Origin: Candidatus Limnocylindrales bacterium
GTDB lineage: Bacteria > Moduliflexota > Moduliflexia > Moduliflexales > JAUQPW01
DNA length: 64,000 bases
Direction of reading: 5' to 3'
Assembly (NCBI GenBank): GCA_035559535.1
Contig: DATMBG010000044.1
Coordinates: 1-64,000, forward strand
Below the pieces are notes generated by a model. It saw only the letters and a list, made by a program, of their open reading frames with translations, was not told the origin of the DNA and searched no databases. Shown one piece after another: positions 8,945-18,576 of the stretch (positions are counted from its first letter, which is position 1; each line of letters begins with the position of its first letter). The translations under genes were made by a program, and so were the position numbers.

Positions 8945-9985
8945 ATGTACCCTGAAATTTCCCTTACTCAACGCTTAGAATTGCTTAAACCACCTCAACA
9001 TAGAGTCTCCATGGTCCTCGATACCGATCCCTACAATGAAATGGATGATCAATTTGCCATCGTCTACTCACTGCTGGCGCCAGAACGCCTGAATGTAAAG
9101 GCCATTTATGCAGCTCCATTTGCCAATGCCCGATCGGGAAACGATGAAAAACGTGGCATGGAGAAAAGTTACGAAGTGGCAAAAGAAATATTGGGTAAGC
9201 TGCAAGGACCCCAATTACCTCATATCCCTCCGGTATTTCGAGGATCTGACCGATGGGTTTCCGAGGATAATGCAGGATTTAAGGGCACAGCCATTAGGAG
9301 TGAAGCAGCAGAGCATCTGATCCATCTGGTCGAAACCCAACCAGAAGGCGAACTCCTCTATGTGGTCGGTATTGCGGCCATCACGAATATTGCCTCGGCC
9401 ATTCTGCTCAAGCCGGAAATTATCCGAAAAATGGTAGTAGTCTGGCTTGCCGGCCATCCCTATAACTATTACAACACCGACGAGTTCAATCTACGACAGG
9501 ATATTTATGCTTCGCGGGTAGTTCTGGATTGCGGGGTCCCACTTGTACGGATACCCTGTCGTAATGTGGCTGAACATTTGCTTCTAACCGTGGAGGAGGT
9601 GGAGAATCGCCTTAAAGGACGAGGTGAAATCGGGAACTATCTTTATAAAGCGTACCATGAATATCTCGAAGAGAAGAAGTTCATTTCCAGGCCTATCTGG
9701 GACATGGCTCCTATTGCCTGGCTTGTTAATCCTACGTGGGTCGAGACGATAATTATTCCCAGTCCGCTCCTCACGGTCAGCCCGCTGCAAACCGAAGGCT
9801 ACTTCACCCCCTTCCTGACCCAAAAACTAACGTTTGAGAAAAACAGAAAAGCTTATTGTACCTGGAACAACGATCCACGTCGTCATTTGATCCGAGAAGC
9901 TTACAGGTTGAATCGGGACGCTATCTTCCAGGACTTCTACCATCGATTGGATAAATACAGGGGGGTTGGAAAAGTTGAAAATTAA
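8945..9985 (+). CDS. Nucleoside hydrolase (IU-NH family)
   Basis: DTDPYNEMDD Asp box, TNIASA, EFN..QD, IWD. Confidence 0.85.
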   Translation: MYPEISLTQRLELLKPPQHRVSMVLDTDPYNEMDDQFAIVYSLLAPERLNVKAIYAAPFANARSGNDEKRGMEKSYEVAKEILGKLQGPQLPHIPPVFRGSDRWVSEDNAGFKGTAIRSEAAEHLIHLVETQPEGELLYVVGIAAITNIASAILLKPEIIRKMVVVWLAGHPYNYYNTDEFNLRQDIYASRVVLDCGVPLVRIPCRNVAEHLLLTVEEVENRLKGRGEIGNYLYKAYHEYLEEKKFISRPIWDMAPIAWLVNPTWVETIIIPSPLLTVSPLQTEGYFTPFLTQKLTFEKNRKAYCTWNNDPRRHLIREAYRLNRDAIFQDFYHRLDKYRGVGKVEN

Positions 9986-9999
9986 ACCAGCAAAATGAA

Positions 10000-10413
10000 A
10001 TGGTAAAACCTGTAATAGTTCTAGATACCAATGTCTTTGTCGCGGCAGGTTTTAACCCGGAAAGTTCATCGGCGCAGATCCTCGAACAGATAAGGGGTGG
10101 ACAGATCCGAATGGTTTGGAATGAACAGATCCGGCAGGAAATTCAGCATATTCTTCGGAAGATCCCCCATCTCTCCTGGGAACAGGTATCCACTTTATTC
10201 AAAGAAGAAGATTACTACACGGGCGAAACCCATTTTGATAAATTTAACTTTATCACCGATCCGGACGATCGAAAGTTTGTAGCCCTTTCGGAAGCTACCG
10301 GAGCGGTCCTGATTACCATGGATCACGATCTTTTGAGTATTCGTAATGAGGTATCGATACCCATTCTGACACCTGGTGAGTTCTTGAGTCATTCAACTCA
10401 ATTCATCAGGTAG
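10000..10413 (+). CDS. PIN-domain protein
   Basis: VLDTNVFV, DPDDRKFV, LITMDHDLL, ILTPGEF. Confidence 0.85.
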   Translation: MVKPVIVLDTNVFVAAGFNPESSSAQILEQIRGGQIRMVWNEQIRQEIQHILRKIPHLSWEQVSTLFKEEDYYTGETHFDKFNFITDPDDRKFVALSEATGAVLITMDHDLLSIRNEVSIPILTPGEFLSHSTQFIR

Positions 10414-10421
10414 AAATAAGT

Positions 10422-10805
10422 ATGAACCCATTCAGTCATATCGATCTTCGTGTTAAAAGCCTTGAGAGAGCTTTACCGTTTTATTCGGTTGTTTTACCTG
10501 CCCTGGGATTCAAGCGAACATTTCACAGTGGAGAATGGAATGTGTTTGCCGGTGACGGGGACTTACCGAGTGCACCTTACTTCGCAATAACCGAAGATCC
10601 TGAGCATCATCCAAACAAGAATCGCATTGCGTTTTGGCTGCCCAGTCGTGAAGAAGTCGATCGACTCAGTATTCTAATCCGTGGGGCTGGTGGAAATATC
10701 ACCGGTGGACCCAAGCTGTTTCCGGAAATCAGTTCCAGTTACTATGCACTTTATTTCGAAGACCCCAGTGGTAACCGGCTCGAGTTAGTTCATAGAATCG
10801 ATTAG
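10422..10805 (+). CDS. VOC/glyoxalase-family protein
   Basis: HIDLRV..L.RA..FY, YALYFEDPSGNRLE. Confidence 0.85.
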   Translation: MNPFSHIDLRVKSLERALPFYSVVLPALGFKRTFHSGEWNVFAGDGDLPSAPYFAITEDPEHHPNKNRIAFWLPSREEVDRLSILIRGAGGNITGGPKLFPEISSSYYALYFEDPSGNRLELVHRID

Positions 10806-10846
10806 GACTATCTTGTCAGAACCACCTGGGGAAAGGAGCGAATCCT

Positions 10847-11488
10847 ATGAAAATAGGTATTCTTGGAACAGGGGATGTAGGTCAGGTATTGGGATCTGGA
10901 TTTGTGAAACTAGGCCACTGGATTAAAATGGGATCTCGAAATCCTGACCAGGAAAAAGTTAAGGCCTGGCTTGCCAAGACGGGGGCTAATGCTTCGGCGG
11001 GGACCTTTGCAGAGGCTGCAGCCTTTGGGGATCTTGTGGTACTGGCTACACTATGGACCGGAACGGAAAATGCAATTCGTCTGGCGGATCCTAAAAACCT
11101 GGCCGGGAAAGTTGTGATCGATGCAACCAATCCTCTGGATTTCTCCTCCATGCCTCCTAAACTGGCAGTAGGCCACACAGATTCCGGTGGGGAGCAGGTA
11201 CAACGCTGGCTTCCAAACTCCCATGTAGTAAAAGCCTTCAACAGTGTGGGTAGCCCGCATATGGTTCATCCGGATTTTCCAGGAGGTCCACCTGATATGT
11301 TTATCTGTGGTAATGATAGCAAGGCCAAGGAAACCGTAACGGATTTGCTGAAGGCGTTTGGGTGGTCTGTGGTCGATATCGGTGGGATCGAAGGGTCCCG
11401 ATATCTCGAACCCCTGGCCATGATCTGGATTCTCCAGTTCTTCAGGACCCGAAGTGGAAACCATGCCTTTAAGCTTCTGCGGAAATAA
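10847..11488 (+). CDS. NADPH-dependent F420 reductase-like dinucleotide-binding oxidoreductase
   Basis: GILGTGDVG, VIDATNP, VVKAFN, DIGG..SRYLE. Confidence 0.85.
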   Translation: MKIGILGTGDVGQVLGSGFVKLGHWIKMGSRNPDQEKVKAWLAKTGANASAGTFAEAAAFGDLVVLATLWTGTENAIRLADPKNLAGKVVIDATNPLDFSSMPPKLAVGHTDSGGEQVQRWLPNSHVVKAFNSVGSPHMVHPDFPGGPPDMFICGNDSKAKETVTDLLKAFGWSVVDIGGIEGSRYLEPLAMIWILQFFRTRSGNHAFKLLRK

Positions 11489-11500
11489 TCTAATGAATAG

Positions 11501-12121
11501 ATGAGGAATATGGTAATTCAGGAGGTAGGACAGCAATATTTGACCAGGATTCAACCAACAACGGAAGGTATTCGTACCTGGAGAACCTATCTCAAGGAGT
11601 ATCAATTTAATAAAAACTATCCGGACGATGCCTATGTGTGGCTTACCTGTATTCTGGCGTTGGAGGCCGTTGGGGTCGGCAACTTTGGGGTTGGGTGTAT
11701 TTTGGTTAACAATCAAGGTGACGTATTAGTTCAAGGACATAACAAAATATTCCATCCCTACTTTCGAAGTGATCGACATGCTGAAATGGTTGTCATGGAT
11801 GACTTTGAGGATGCCCATCCAGAACCCACCGGGTTAGATGCTTACACTTTATATACCTCTCTGGAGCCCTGCCCCATGTGCCTGGTACGATTAAGTACCT
11901 CGAGGATAAACAAAATCCTATTTGCTGCCCCAGATGTGCCAGGGGGTATGGTTCATCGCATGAATAACTTACCACCTTTCTGGTTTGAATTGGCCCAAGG
12001 GAAAATATTTAGCCAGGCCCAGTGCTCGCCGGATTTGGTTCATGCGGCTACGCAGATCCTACTTCTTAATTTAGATGAACTAACGACTGAAGTCAAAGTC
12101 AGACAGCGTAAGCTGAGGTAA
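11501..12121 (+). CDS. Zn-dependent nucleoside/nucleobase deaminase
   Basis: HAE and SLEPCPMC motifs. Confidence 0.85.
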   Translation: MRNMVIQEVGQQYLTRIQPTTEGIRTWRTYLKEYQFNKNYPDDAYVWLTCILALEAVGVGNFGVGCILVNNQGDVLVQGHNKIFHPYFRSDRHAEMVVMDDFEDAHPEPTGLDAYTLYTSLEPCPMCLVRLSTSRINKILFAAPDVPGGMVHRMNNLPPFWFELAQGKIFSQAQCSPDLVHAATQILLLNLDELTTEVKVRQRKLR

Positions 12122-12161
12122 AACGATTCTATTTGGTATCGAAAACGGAGGTCATATAACT

Positions 12162-12974
12162 ATGATAGAAAGAAAACCACGGCTGGCCGGGAAGGTTGCC
12201 ATTGTCACAGGAGCCGGCTCCAGAGGACCAGGCATTGGTAATGGCAAGGCCACGGCCATTCTCTTTGCCCGAGAAGGAGCCAAAGTTCTGCTGGTAGATA
12301 AATTTGCCGATCGCGCTGAAGAAACCCATCGGATCATCCAGGAGGAAGGGGGAGAAAGTACCGTGTTTGAGGCCGATGTGACCCAGGAAAACCGGGCGCG
12401 AGATATGGTTGAATATACCGTAGAGCAATATGGAAGATTGGACATCTTACATAATAACGTTGGAGTAGGAATGCCCGGATCTGTTCTGGATGTGACCGAG
12501 GGGGATTGGGACCGAACCATGGCCATTAATCTAAAAAGCATGCTGTTTTGTAGCAAATATGCCATCCCCAAAATGATCCAGGGGGGTGGTGGCGCTATTA
12601 TCAATATTTCTTCTGTGGCCGGAATGCGAGGCCACGGCCTTGTTGCTTACGCCGTCTCCAAAGGCGGTGTTATTGCCCTCACACGGACCATGGCAGTCCA
12701 ACATGCCAGGGACAACATTCGGGTAAATTGTATTGCTCCAGGCCCTGTTTATACCCCCATGGTTGCCGAGAGTCTGACCGAAGAAGAGCGTAACCTCCGT
12801 AAGAACGCGGTACCCTTGGGCATCGAAGGTACGGCATGGGATGTTGCCTGGGCAGCTGTCTATCTGGCCAGCGATGAGGCACGATGGGTGACCGGTGTGG
12901 TATTACCGGTTGATGGGGGTTTAACAGCCACAACCCATCCTATTGTTACACGGATGACCTTCTCCGAACGGTAA
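12162..12974 (+). CDS. SDR-family oxidoreductase
   Basis: TGAGS..GIGNG, NNVG, YAVSK, IRVNCIAPG, VDGG. Confidence 0.9.
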   Translation: MIERKPRLAGKVAIVTGAGSRGPGIGNGKATAILFAREGAKVLLVDKFADRAEETHRIIQEEGGESTVFEADVTQENRARDMVEYTVEQYGRLDILHNNVGVGMPGSVLDVTEGDWDRTMAINLKSMLFCSKYAIPKMIQGGGGAIINISSVAGMRGHGLVAYAVSKGGVIALTRTMAVQHARDNIRVNCIAPGPVYTPMVAESLTEEERNLRKNAVPLGIEGTAWDVAWAAVYLASDEARWVTGVVLPVDGGLTATTHPIVTRMTFSER

Positions 12975-13020
12975 TCAAAACCTAAAGAAGGGCAAAAGCC
13001 TGCGGAGTGGATACTATCAA

Positions 13021-13158
13021 TCAGGACCTTATAAGTTTCAAAAAAACCGTTGCTCCTACATCCAACTCGCTTTGAATTTCCATAATTCCTCCGTGGGCTT
13101 CTATAATTTTTTTGCATAAACTGAGTCTCAGACCGTAACCTCCGGTATCTTTGGACTG
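13021..13158 (-). pseudogene. Histidine kinase HATPase_c C-terminal remnant
   Basis: Minus strand translates QSKDTGGYGLRLSLCKKIIEAHGGIMEIQSELDVGATVFLKLIRS*; the G2 box has a G-to-R change and no upstream gene is present. Confidence 0.7.
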
Positions 13159-13674
13159 CACTGAGGATAAGCCTGAGAGATAAATAAATTATTTCCGAGT
13201 TGTATCAAATTGTAACGGAAACAGACGGAGTACTTTGTTTACTTGATTTTGGCCTCATAGGGCTGCTTTCACTTCCTAACTCCCCTCGTCCCCGCCTCTA
13301 TCCCTTCCCTCCCCGTGGACGGGGAGGGAGCCGGGTTAAGCTGAAAAGCCCTGTCAGGGGCGAACGGTTGGTAGCCCCGACGAAAGTCTGGGGATTCAGA
13401 AATTCAGAATTTTTTCAAGCCCCCTGGCCGCATCCTGTTAAACAGGTTGCCCCGCTGGGGCTAACCTTCTTACCCCGGAGCCTGGATCCCTCGGCTCCTC
13501 TCCCATGCAGAATGGTTATTCAATTTAACTCTACAACATAGGGTTAAAATGTGAGGTAACAGTTTCATAAAACAGATGAAGAACTCCTCCTAAGGAATTA
13601 TTTTATAGAGGGAATACAAGGGCAGACTTTAACGTAGAATTTAAGGGGAATTTCCAGGCAAAAGGAGGGTAAAG

Positions 13675-14667
13675 ATGGTTCGATTCAAAAATCTTGTGGG
13701 GTTTATAGGTTTGATTTTAGCTGTTCAGTTTTTACTCCCTTATCAGGTTCAGAGTGGGGACAAGAAACTAAAAGTAGCCATGATTCTTCCCGGTCGAATC
13801 AACGATGTATCCTGGAATCAGGCAGCCTATGAGGGGCTTAAGCAGGCCGAGAAGGAGTTAGGGGTTGAAATAGCCTATACCGAGAATGTCAGTGTAGCCG
13901 ATGTAGAAAGGGTTTTGAGAGAATATGCTACGGCGGGATACGATCTCATTTTAGCCCACAGTTTCAACTATGGAGATGCAGTATTTAAAGTCGCTCAAGA
14001 TTTTCCGAAAATTAAATTTGGATGGGCTACCGGTTTTAAGTCGGCTCCCAATGTAGCCTTCTATGACTGGCCGGCCCATGAAGTAGGATACCTGGTAGGA
14101 ATGCTGGCAGCTTCTATGAGCAAAACAGGGAAAGTCGGTGCTTTGGGGGGATTCGACGTGCCGGACGTTGTCCGGGCCTTAGAGGGTTTTAAATTGGGAG
14201 CCAAAGCAGCAAATCCTGAGATTAAGGTTTTCACCACGTATATTGGAGATTGGGAGGATGCTGCAAAAGCTAAAGAAGCTGCTCTGGCCCATATCGAAAA
14301 CGGAGCAGATGTCGTTTATATTAATGGAGATGGAATCAGTTACGGAGTTATCGAAGCTGCCAGGGAAAAGGGAGTGTACGCCATCGGTGGCATTGCAGAT
14401 CAGTATTCTCTCGCTCCGGAAACCGTTCTCAGCAGTACCGTGCTGAATGTGGGATTCACAATCAAAAAAATAATTGAGGACGTTCAGACCGGTAAATTTA
14501 AAGAAAGTTATCTGTATAGCTTAAAGGAAGGTGGAGTGGATATTGCCCCTTACCATGAACTGGAGAAAGTAATCCCTCAGGAAGTAAAAGATAAAATTGC
14601 CAAAGCTAAGAAGGATATTCTGGAGGGAAAACTCCAAGTACCGGATATTGTTAAACCAACGGAATAA
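13675..14667 (+). CDS. BMP-family (nucleoside) ABC transporter substrate-binding protein
   Basis: Signal peptide, DVSWNQAAYEGL, GYLVGMLAA, SKTGKVG, GADVV. Confidence 0.9.
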   Translation: MVRFKNLVGFIGLILAVQFLLPYQVQSGDKKLKVAMILPGRINDVSWNQAAYEGLKQAEKELGVEIAYTENVSVADVERVLREYATAGYDLILAHSFNYGDAVFKVAQDFPKIKFGWATGFKSAPNVAFYDWPAHEVGYLVGMLAASMSKTGKVGALGGFDVPDVVRALEGFKLGAKAANPEIKVFTTYIGDWEDAAKAKEAALAHIENGADVVYINGDGISYGVIEAAREKGVYAIGGIADQYSLAPETVLSSTVLNVGFTIKKIIEDVQTGKFKESYLYSLKEGGVDIAPYHELEKVIPQEVKDKIAKAKKDILEGKLQVPDIVKPTE

Positions 14668-14670
14668 GTA

Positions 14671-14880
14671 AGGGAGTGTAGGAGTATGGGAGTGGGGGAG
14701 TGTAGGAGTATGGGAGTATAGGGGTGAGGGAGTGGGGGGGATGAACGAGTCTCTACCCCCCTCACTTCCATACTTCCACACTCTCAACTTCCACACCCCC
14801 ACACCTCCGCACCTCCATACCCCCATACCTCTCTATTTCCTTTCTCCTGTACTCCTACACTCTCATACTTTCATACTTTC
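14671..14880. repeat. Degenerate octamer tandem repeats arranged as an inverted pair
   Basis: (G/A)GGAGT(G/A)T units followed by complementary (C/T)CCA(C/T)AC(C/T) units. Related copies at 1-40 and 41499-41606. Confidence 0.85.
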
Positions 14881-16431
14881 ATTCTTTTAAGGATAGATAA
14901 AATCACGAAGCGGTTCCCCGGGGTTCTTGCCAATGATCAAATTTCATTGGAAATCGAAGCTGGGGAGGTGCATGCGCTGTTAGGTCAGAATGGGGCCGGT
15001 AAGACTACGTTGATGAATATTCTCTACGGCCTTTATCAACCGGACTTCGGTCAAATCTATTTCAAAGATCAAAAGGTTAAAATAAGCTCTCCTCGAAAAG
15101 CTATTGAATTGGGAATTGGAATGGTTCATCAGCATTTCATGCTAATTCCCGACTTTACGGTTGTCGAAAATATCCTGATCGGCTTTAGGCAAAGGGGTCC
15201 CTTTTTAAATCTTAAAAAAGTAGAACAGGCTATCGCCGAACTTTCTCGCCGTTATAGACTTCAAGTGGATCCGACGGCCAGAGTTCAACACCTTTCGGTC
15301 GGAAGTCGACAACGGGTGGAGATTATCAAAGCCCTTTATCGCGGAGCCGAACTTTTGATTCTCGATGAACCTACCTCGGTTCTGACTCCCCAGGAAACCC
15401 AGGAACTTTTCCAGATCTTGCATACCCTCGCAACTCAAGGGAAGTCCGTTATTTTCATCACACACAAATTGAACGAGGTCATGCAGGTATGTGATCGGGC
15501 CACCGTATTAAGAAATGGAAGGAAAGTGGGGACGGTTAAAATTCAGCAGGGAGGGCCTGAAAAAGAAGTAACTAAAGAGAATCTGGCCCGGATGATGATC
15601 GGTAAAGAGGTTTCCCTGGGAACCGAAAGGATGGCACTTAAAAAGAAGCCTGTTCAGTTCGGTAAGGAGGTTTTAAAAGTCGAGGAACTGGAAACTATAA
15701 ACGATCAAAATCGGCCTGTTTTAAAAAAAATTTCTTTTTCTGTCCGGGCGGGTGAAATTTTTGGGATTGCAGGGGTAGCCGGCAATGGTCAAAGCGAGTT
15801 GGTAGAAGTCCTGGCCGGTTTGCGTAAAGCCGTGGGTGGAAGGGTCTTCCTGAATGGTCAAGAAGTTCTGAATGAACCTCCGGGTAAGCTTTTGGAAAGA
15901 GGGATTGCCCACATTCCGGAGGATAGACTAAGGATGGGTCTTGTACTGGATTTACCCTTACCGGAAAACGCCATCCTGGGTTCTTTTCATAAAGCTCCTT
16001 TTTCCTTCAAAATAGGGAACGCTCTTCCTGGGCCTCGTTGGTTAAATTATACCGAGATTCGAAAGTTTACAGAACGCCTTATCCTTTCCTATGATATTAA
16101 AACCCCCCATCCAGAAGCTACCATGCGAATGCTTTCGGGGGGAAATCAGCAAAAATTTATAGTAGGTCGCGAACTTACCCGGTCTCCGAAAGTACTGCTG
16201 ACCGTTCAGCCCACTATGGGTCTCGATATAGAAGCTACTGAGTTTGTTCATCAGAAACTCTTAGAACAACGAGAGAATCAGGTGGCCATTCTCTTAATTT
16301 CCACCGAACTGGATGAAATATTAGCCCTCAGTGATCGCGTGGCCGTCCTCTATGAAGGGCAAATTGTCGGACTCCTTCCTGCCGACCAGGCTGATAGAGA
16401 AATCCTGGGACGCTGGATGAGTGGATTATGA
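14881..16431 (+). CDS. Nucleoside/sugar ABC transporter ATPase (two ABC domains); start unresolved
   Basis: GQNGAGKT, LILDEPT, LSGGNQQK. The conserved-looking N-terminus ILLRIDKITKRFPGVLANDQISL lies upstream of the first TTG (14947). Confidence 0.85.
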   Translation: MLLRIDKITKRFPGVLANDQISLEIEAGEVHALLGQNGAGKTTLMNILYGLYQPDFGQIYFKDQKVKISSPRKAIELGIGMVHQHFMLIPDFTVVENILIGFRQRGPFLNLKKVEQAIAELSRRYRLQVDPTARVQHLSVGSRQRVEIIKALYRGAELLILDEPTSVLTPQETQELFQILHTLATQGKSVIFITHKLNEVMQVCDRATVLRNGRKVGTVKIQQGGPEKEVTKENLARMMIGKEVSLGTERMALKKKPVQFGKEVLKVEELETINDQNRPVLKKISFSVRAGEIFGIAGVAGNGQSELVEVLAGLRKAVGGRVFLNGQEVLNEPPGKLLERGIAHIPEDRLRMGLVLDLPLPENAILGSFHKAPFSFKIGNALPGPRWLNYTEIRKFTERLILSYDIKTPHPEATMRMLSGGNQQKFIVGRELTRSPKVLLTVQPTMGLDIEATEFVHQKLLEQRENQVAILLISTELDEILALSDRVAVLYEGQIVGLLPADQADREILGRWMSGL

Positions 16432-17573
16432 AAAAGCCGGTAGAGAAAAATGCAGGGAAAAACAGGAAAGTCCAGGAATGGAGAAGGGAGAGATCCCTCC
16501 TGTTCCTCTATTCCCCCCTTCTCTCATTTTTTCTTGGGATTCTACTGGCCTTCCTGCTGAGTAGTCTTCTCATAAGTTGGGTAGGTGCTAGCCCCCTGTT
16601 AGCCTTTAAAGCCCTTATTTTGGGGGCTTTTGGGAGTTTAAATGGCTTTACGGAAACCCTTGTTAAGGCGACTCCGTTGATGTTAACGGGACTTGGGTTA
16701 TGTGTGGCCTTTCGAAGTAAAGTTTGGAATATAGGAGCCGAAGGTCAGATTCACCTGGGCGCTTTAGCAACCACTTTAATGGGAATTTACCTGCCCTGGT
16801 TTCCTTCTTTCATTTCCTTACCTCTTACGGGATTGGCTGGTTTCTTTGCCGGAGGCCTCTGGGCAGCCATACCCGGATGGCTCAAGATACGATGGGGAGT
16901 TAACGAGATTATTACCACCTTAATGATGAACTATATTGCCATTCTCGGGATTAACTATGCTGTTCATGTTCCCTTAAAAGAACCCGGTGGATTTTTACCC
17001 CAGTCGGCCTTGATTCAACCGTCTGTGGAACTTCCAATTTTAGTTGAACGAACCCGACTCCATGCCGGTATTCTTCTGGGAATTGCCGGAGCCGGAGCCC
17101 TCCACATCCTCTTAGCACGGACTACGTTGGGGTATCAAATTCAGGTTGTCGGTTTAAATCCAGATGCCGGTCGATATAGTGGAATTCCCGTAGGAAAAAT
17201 TATCCTCATCGCCATGGTTCTCAGTGGAGGATTTGCCGGTTTAGCCGGTATGGGGGAAATTGCCGGAGTTCATCATCGCCTTCTGGAAAATTTCTCACCA
17301 GGATACGGATATACTGCCATTGTGGTTGCTTTACTTGCACATTTAAAACCTCTGGCTGTAATCTTAGTTAGTATGCTATTTGCGGCTCTCATTGTTGGAG
17401 CAGATACCATGCAACGGGTCGCAGGAGTTCCTAACTCTTTAGTATTGATTATTGAAAGCCTCATCGTTCTCTTTGTATTGGGAAGTCGTTCGTTGTTCCA
17501 TGTTCGTTATCCGTTGCTTTTCGTAAAGGATAACGAACATAAAACAACGGATGGAAAGCTACGGATATCTTAA
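16428..17573 (+). CDS. ABC transporter permease (BPD_transp_2)
   Basis: WNIGAEGQ, NEIITTLMMNY, GYGYTAIVVALL. Confidence 0.9.
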   Translation: MKKPVEKNAGKNRKVQEWRRERSLLFLYSPLLSFFLGILLAFLLSSLLISWVGASPLLAFKALILGAFGSLNGFTETLVKATPLMLTGLGLCVAFRSKVWNIGAEGQIHLGALATTLMGIYLPWFPSFISLPLTGLAGFFAGGLWAAIPGWLKIRWGVNEIITTLMMNYIAILGINYAVHVPLKEPGGFLPQSALIQPSVELPILVERTRLHAGILLGIAGAGALHILLARTTLGYQIQVVGLNPDAGRYSGIPVGKIILIAMVLSGGFAGLAGMGEIAGVHHRLLENFSPGYGYTAIVVALLAHLKPLAVILVSMLFAALIVGADTMQRVAGVPNSLVLIIESLIVLFVLGSRSLFHVRYPLLFVKDNEHKTTDGKLRIS

Positions 17574-18496
17574 CCCAAGCTTTTATTGTTGGAGTTCTAG
17601 CATCGGGAGTACGGCTGGCCGTTCCTATTCTACTGGCAGCTTTGGGAGAAATCTTTTCAGAAAGAGCCGGTATCCTTAATATCGGGATCGAAGGGGAGAT
17701 GCTGGTAGGAGCTCTGGCCGGATTTCTTGGAACTTTTTATACCCATCATGTGGGATTAGGGTTCCTGATCGGAATGGGGGCAAGTGGAGTTTTTAGCCTG
17801 ATTATGGGCTTTATAACTATTACCTTAAAAGAAGATCAGGTCATTACCGGAATTATCCTTAATATATTGGCCCTTGGATTAACGAGTTTTGTCTACAGGG
17901 CTTTATTCGGGACCTCCCGAACGCCTCCCAGCATAAAACCTTTAACTCCCCTTAAAATCCCGGCCTTAGGAGATATCCCTTACCTAGGAACCATCCTTTT
18001 TCATCAGAATCCCTTGGTTTACCTGGCTTTTTTATTGGTTCCTGTGAGTGCCTGGATTCTTTTTAAGACTCAATTTGGATTAAATTTAAGAGCCGTTGGT
18101 GAACATCCTCGGGCCGCAGATACGCTGGGAGTCCCGGTGGAGAGAATGAGATATATCGCAGTGATGCTGGGAGGGATCTTCTCCGGTCTGGGAGGTTGCT
18201 TTTTAACCCTGGCCCAGCTAAATCGATTTACCGACAATATAACTGCCGGACGTGGGTTTATTGCCATTGCAGCAGTTATTTTTGGAAAATGGAATCCTTA
18301 CGGTGTTGCCGTTGCAACACTTCTTTTCGGAATCGCCGATGGACTTCAATTAAGACTTCAAGCCCTGGGTACCAGGCTTCCTTATCAGTTTCTCTTGATG
18401 CTCCCATATCTCTTAACCATTGTGGCCTTGATTGGAATCGTGGGAAAATCAAAACCCCCGGCGGCTCTGGCGGTTCCCTATCAAAAGGATAATTAA
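17561..18496 (+). CDS. ABC transporter permease II; start probably upstream of TTG 17642
   Basis: SERAGILNIGIEG, GEHPRAAD, AGRGFIAIA. The frame extends 5' as (ACG)DILTQAFIVGVLASGVRLAVPILLAA. Confidence 0.85.
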   Translation, partial: TDILTQAFIVGVLASGVRLAVPILLAALGEIFSERAGILNIGIEGEMLVGALAGFLGTFYTHHVGLGFLIGMGASGVFSLIMGFITITLKEDQVITGIILNILALGLTSFVYRALFGTSRTPPSIKPLTPLKIPALGDIPYLGTILFHQNPLVYLAFLLVPVSAWILFKTQFGLNLRAVGEHPRAADTLGVPVERMRYIAVMLGGIFSGLGGCFLTLAQLNRFTDNITAGRGFIAIAAVIFGKWNPYGVAVATLLFGIADGLQLRLQALGTRLPYQFLLMLPYLLTIVALIGIVGKSKPPAALAVPYQKDN

Positions 18497-18568
18497 CCAT
18501 CAGCCATCAACAATTAACAATCAGCAATTAACAAATTTTTGTTTATTGCTCTTTGTTCATTGTTCCCT
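18494..18568. repeat. Heptamer tandem repeats as an inverted pair
   Basis: TAACCAT CAGCCAT CAACAAT TAACAAT CAGCAAT, then GTTTATT GCTCTTT GTTCATT. Confidence 0.75.
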
Positions 18569-18576
18569 GAGTAAAG

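Noticed and set aside
13540-13674. Purine riboswitch before the BMP operon
   Set aside because: No recognisable aptamer core.
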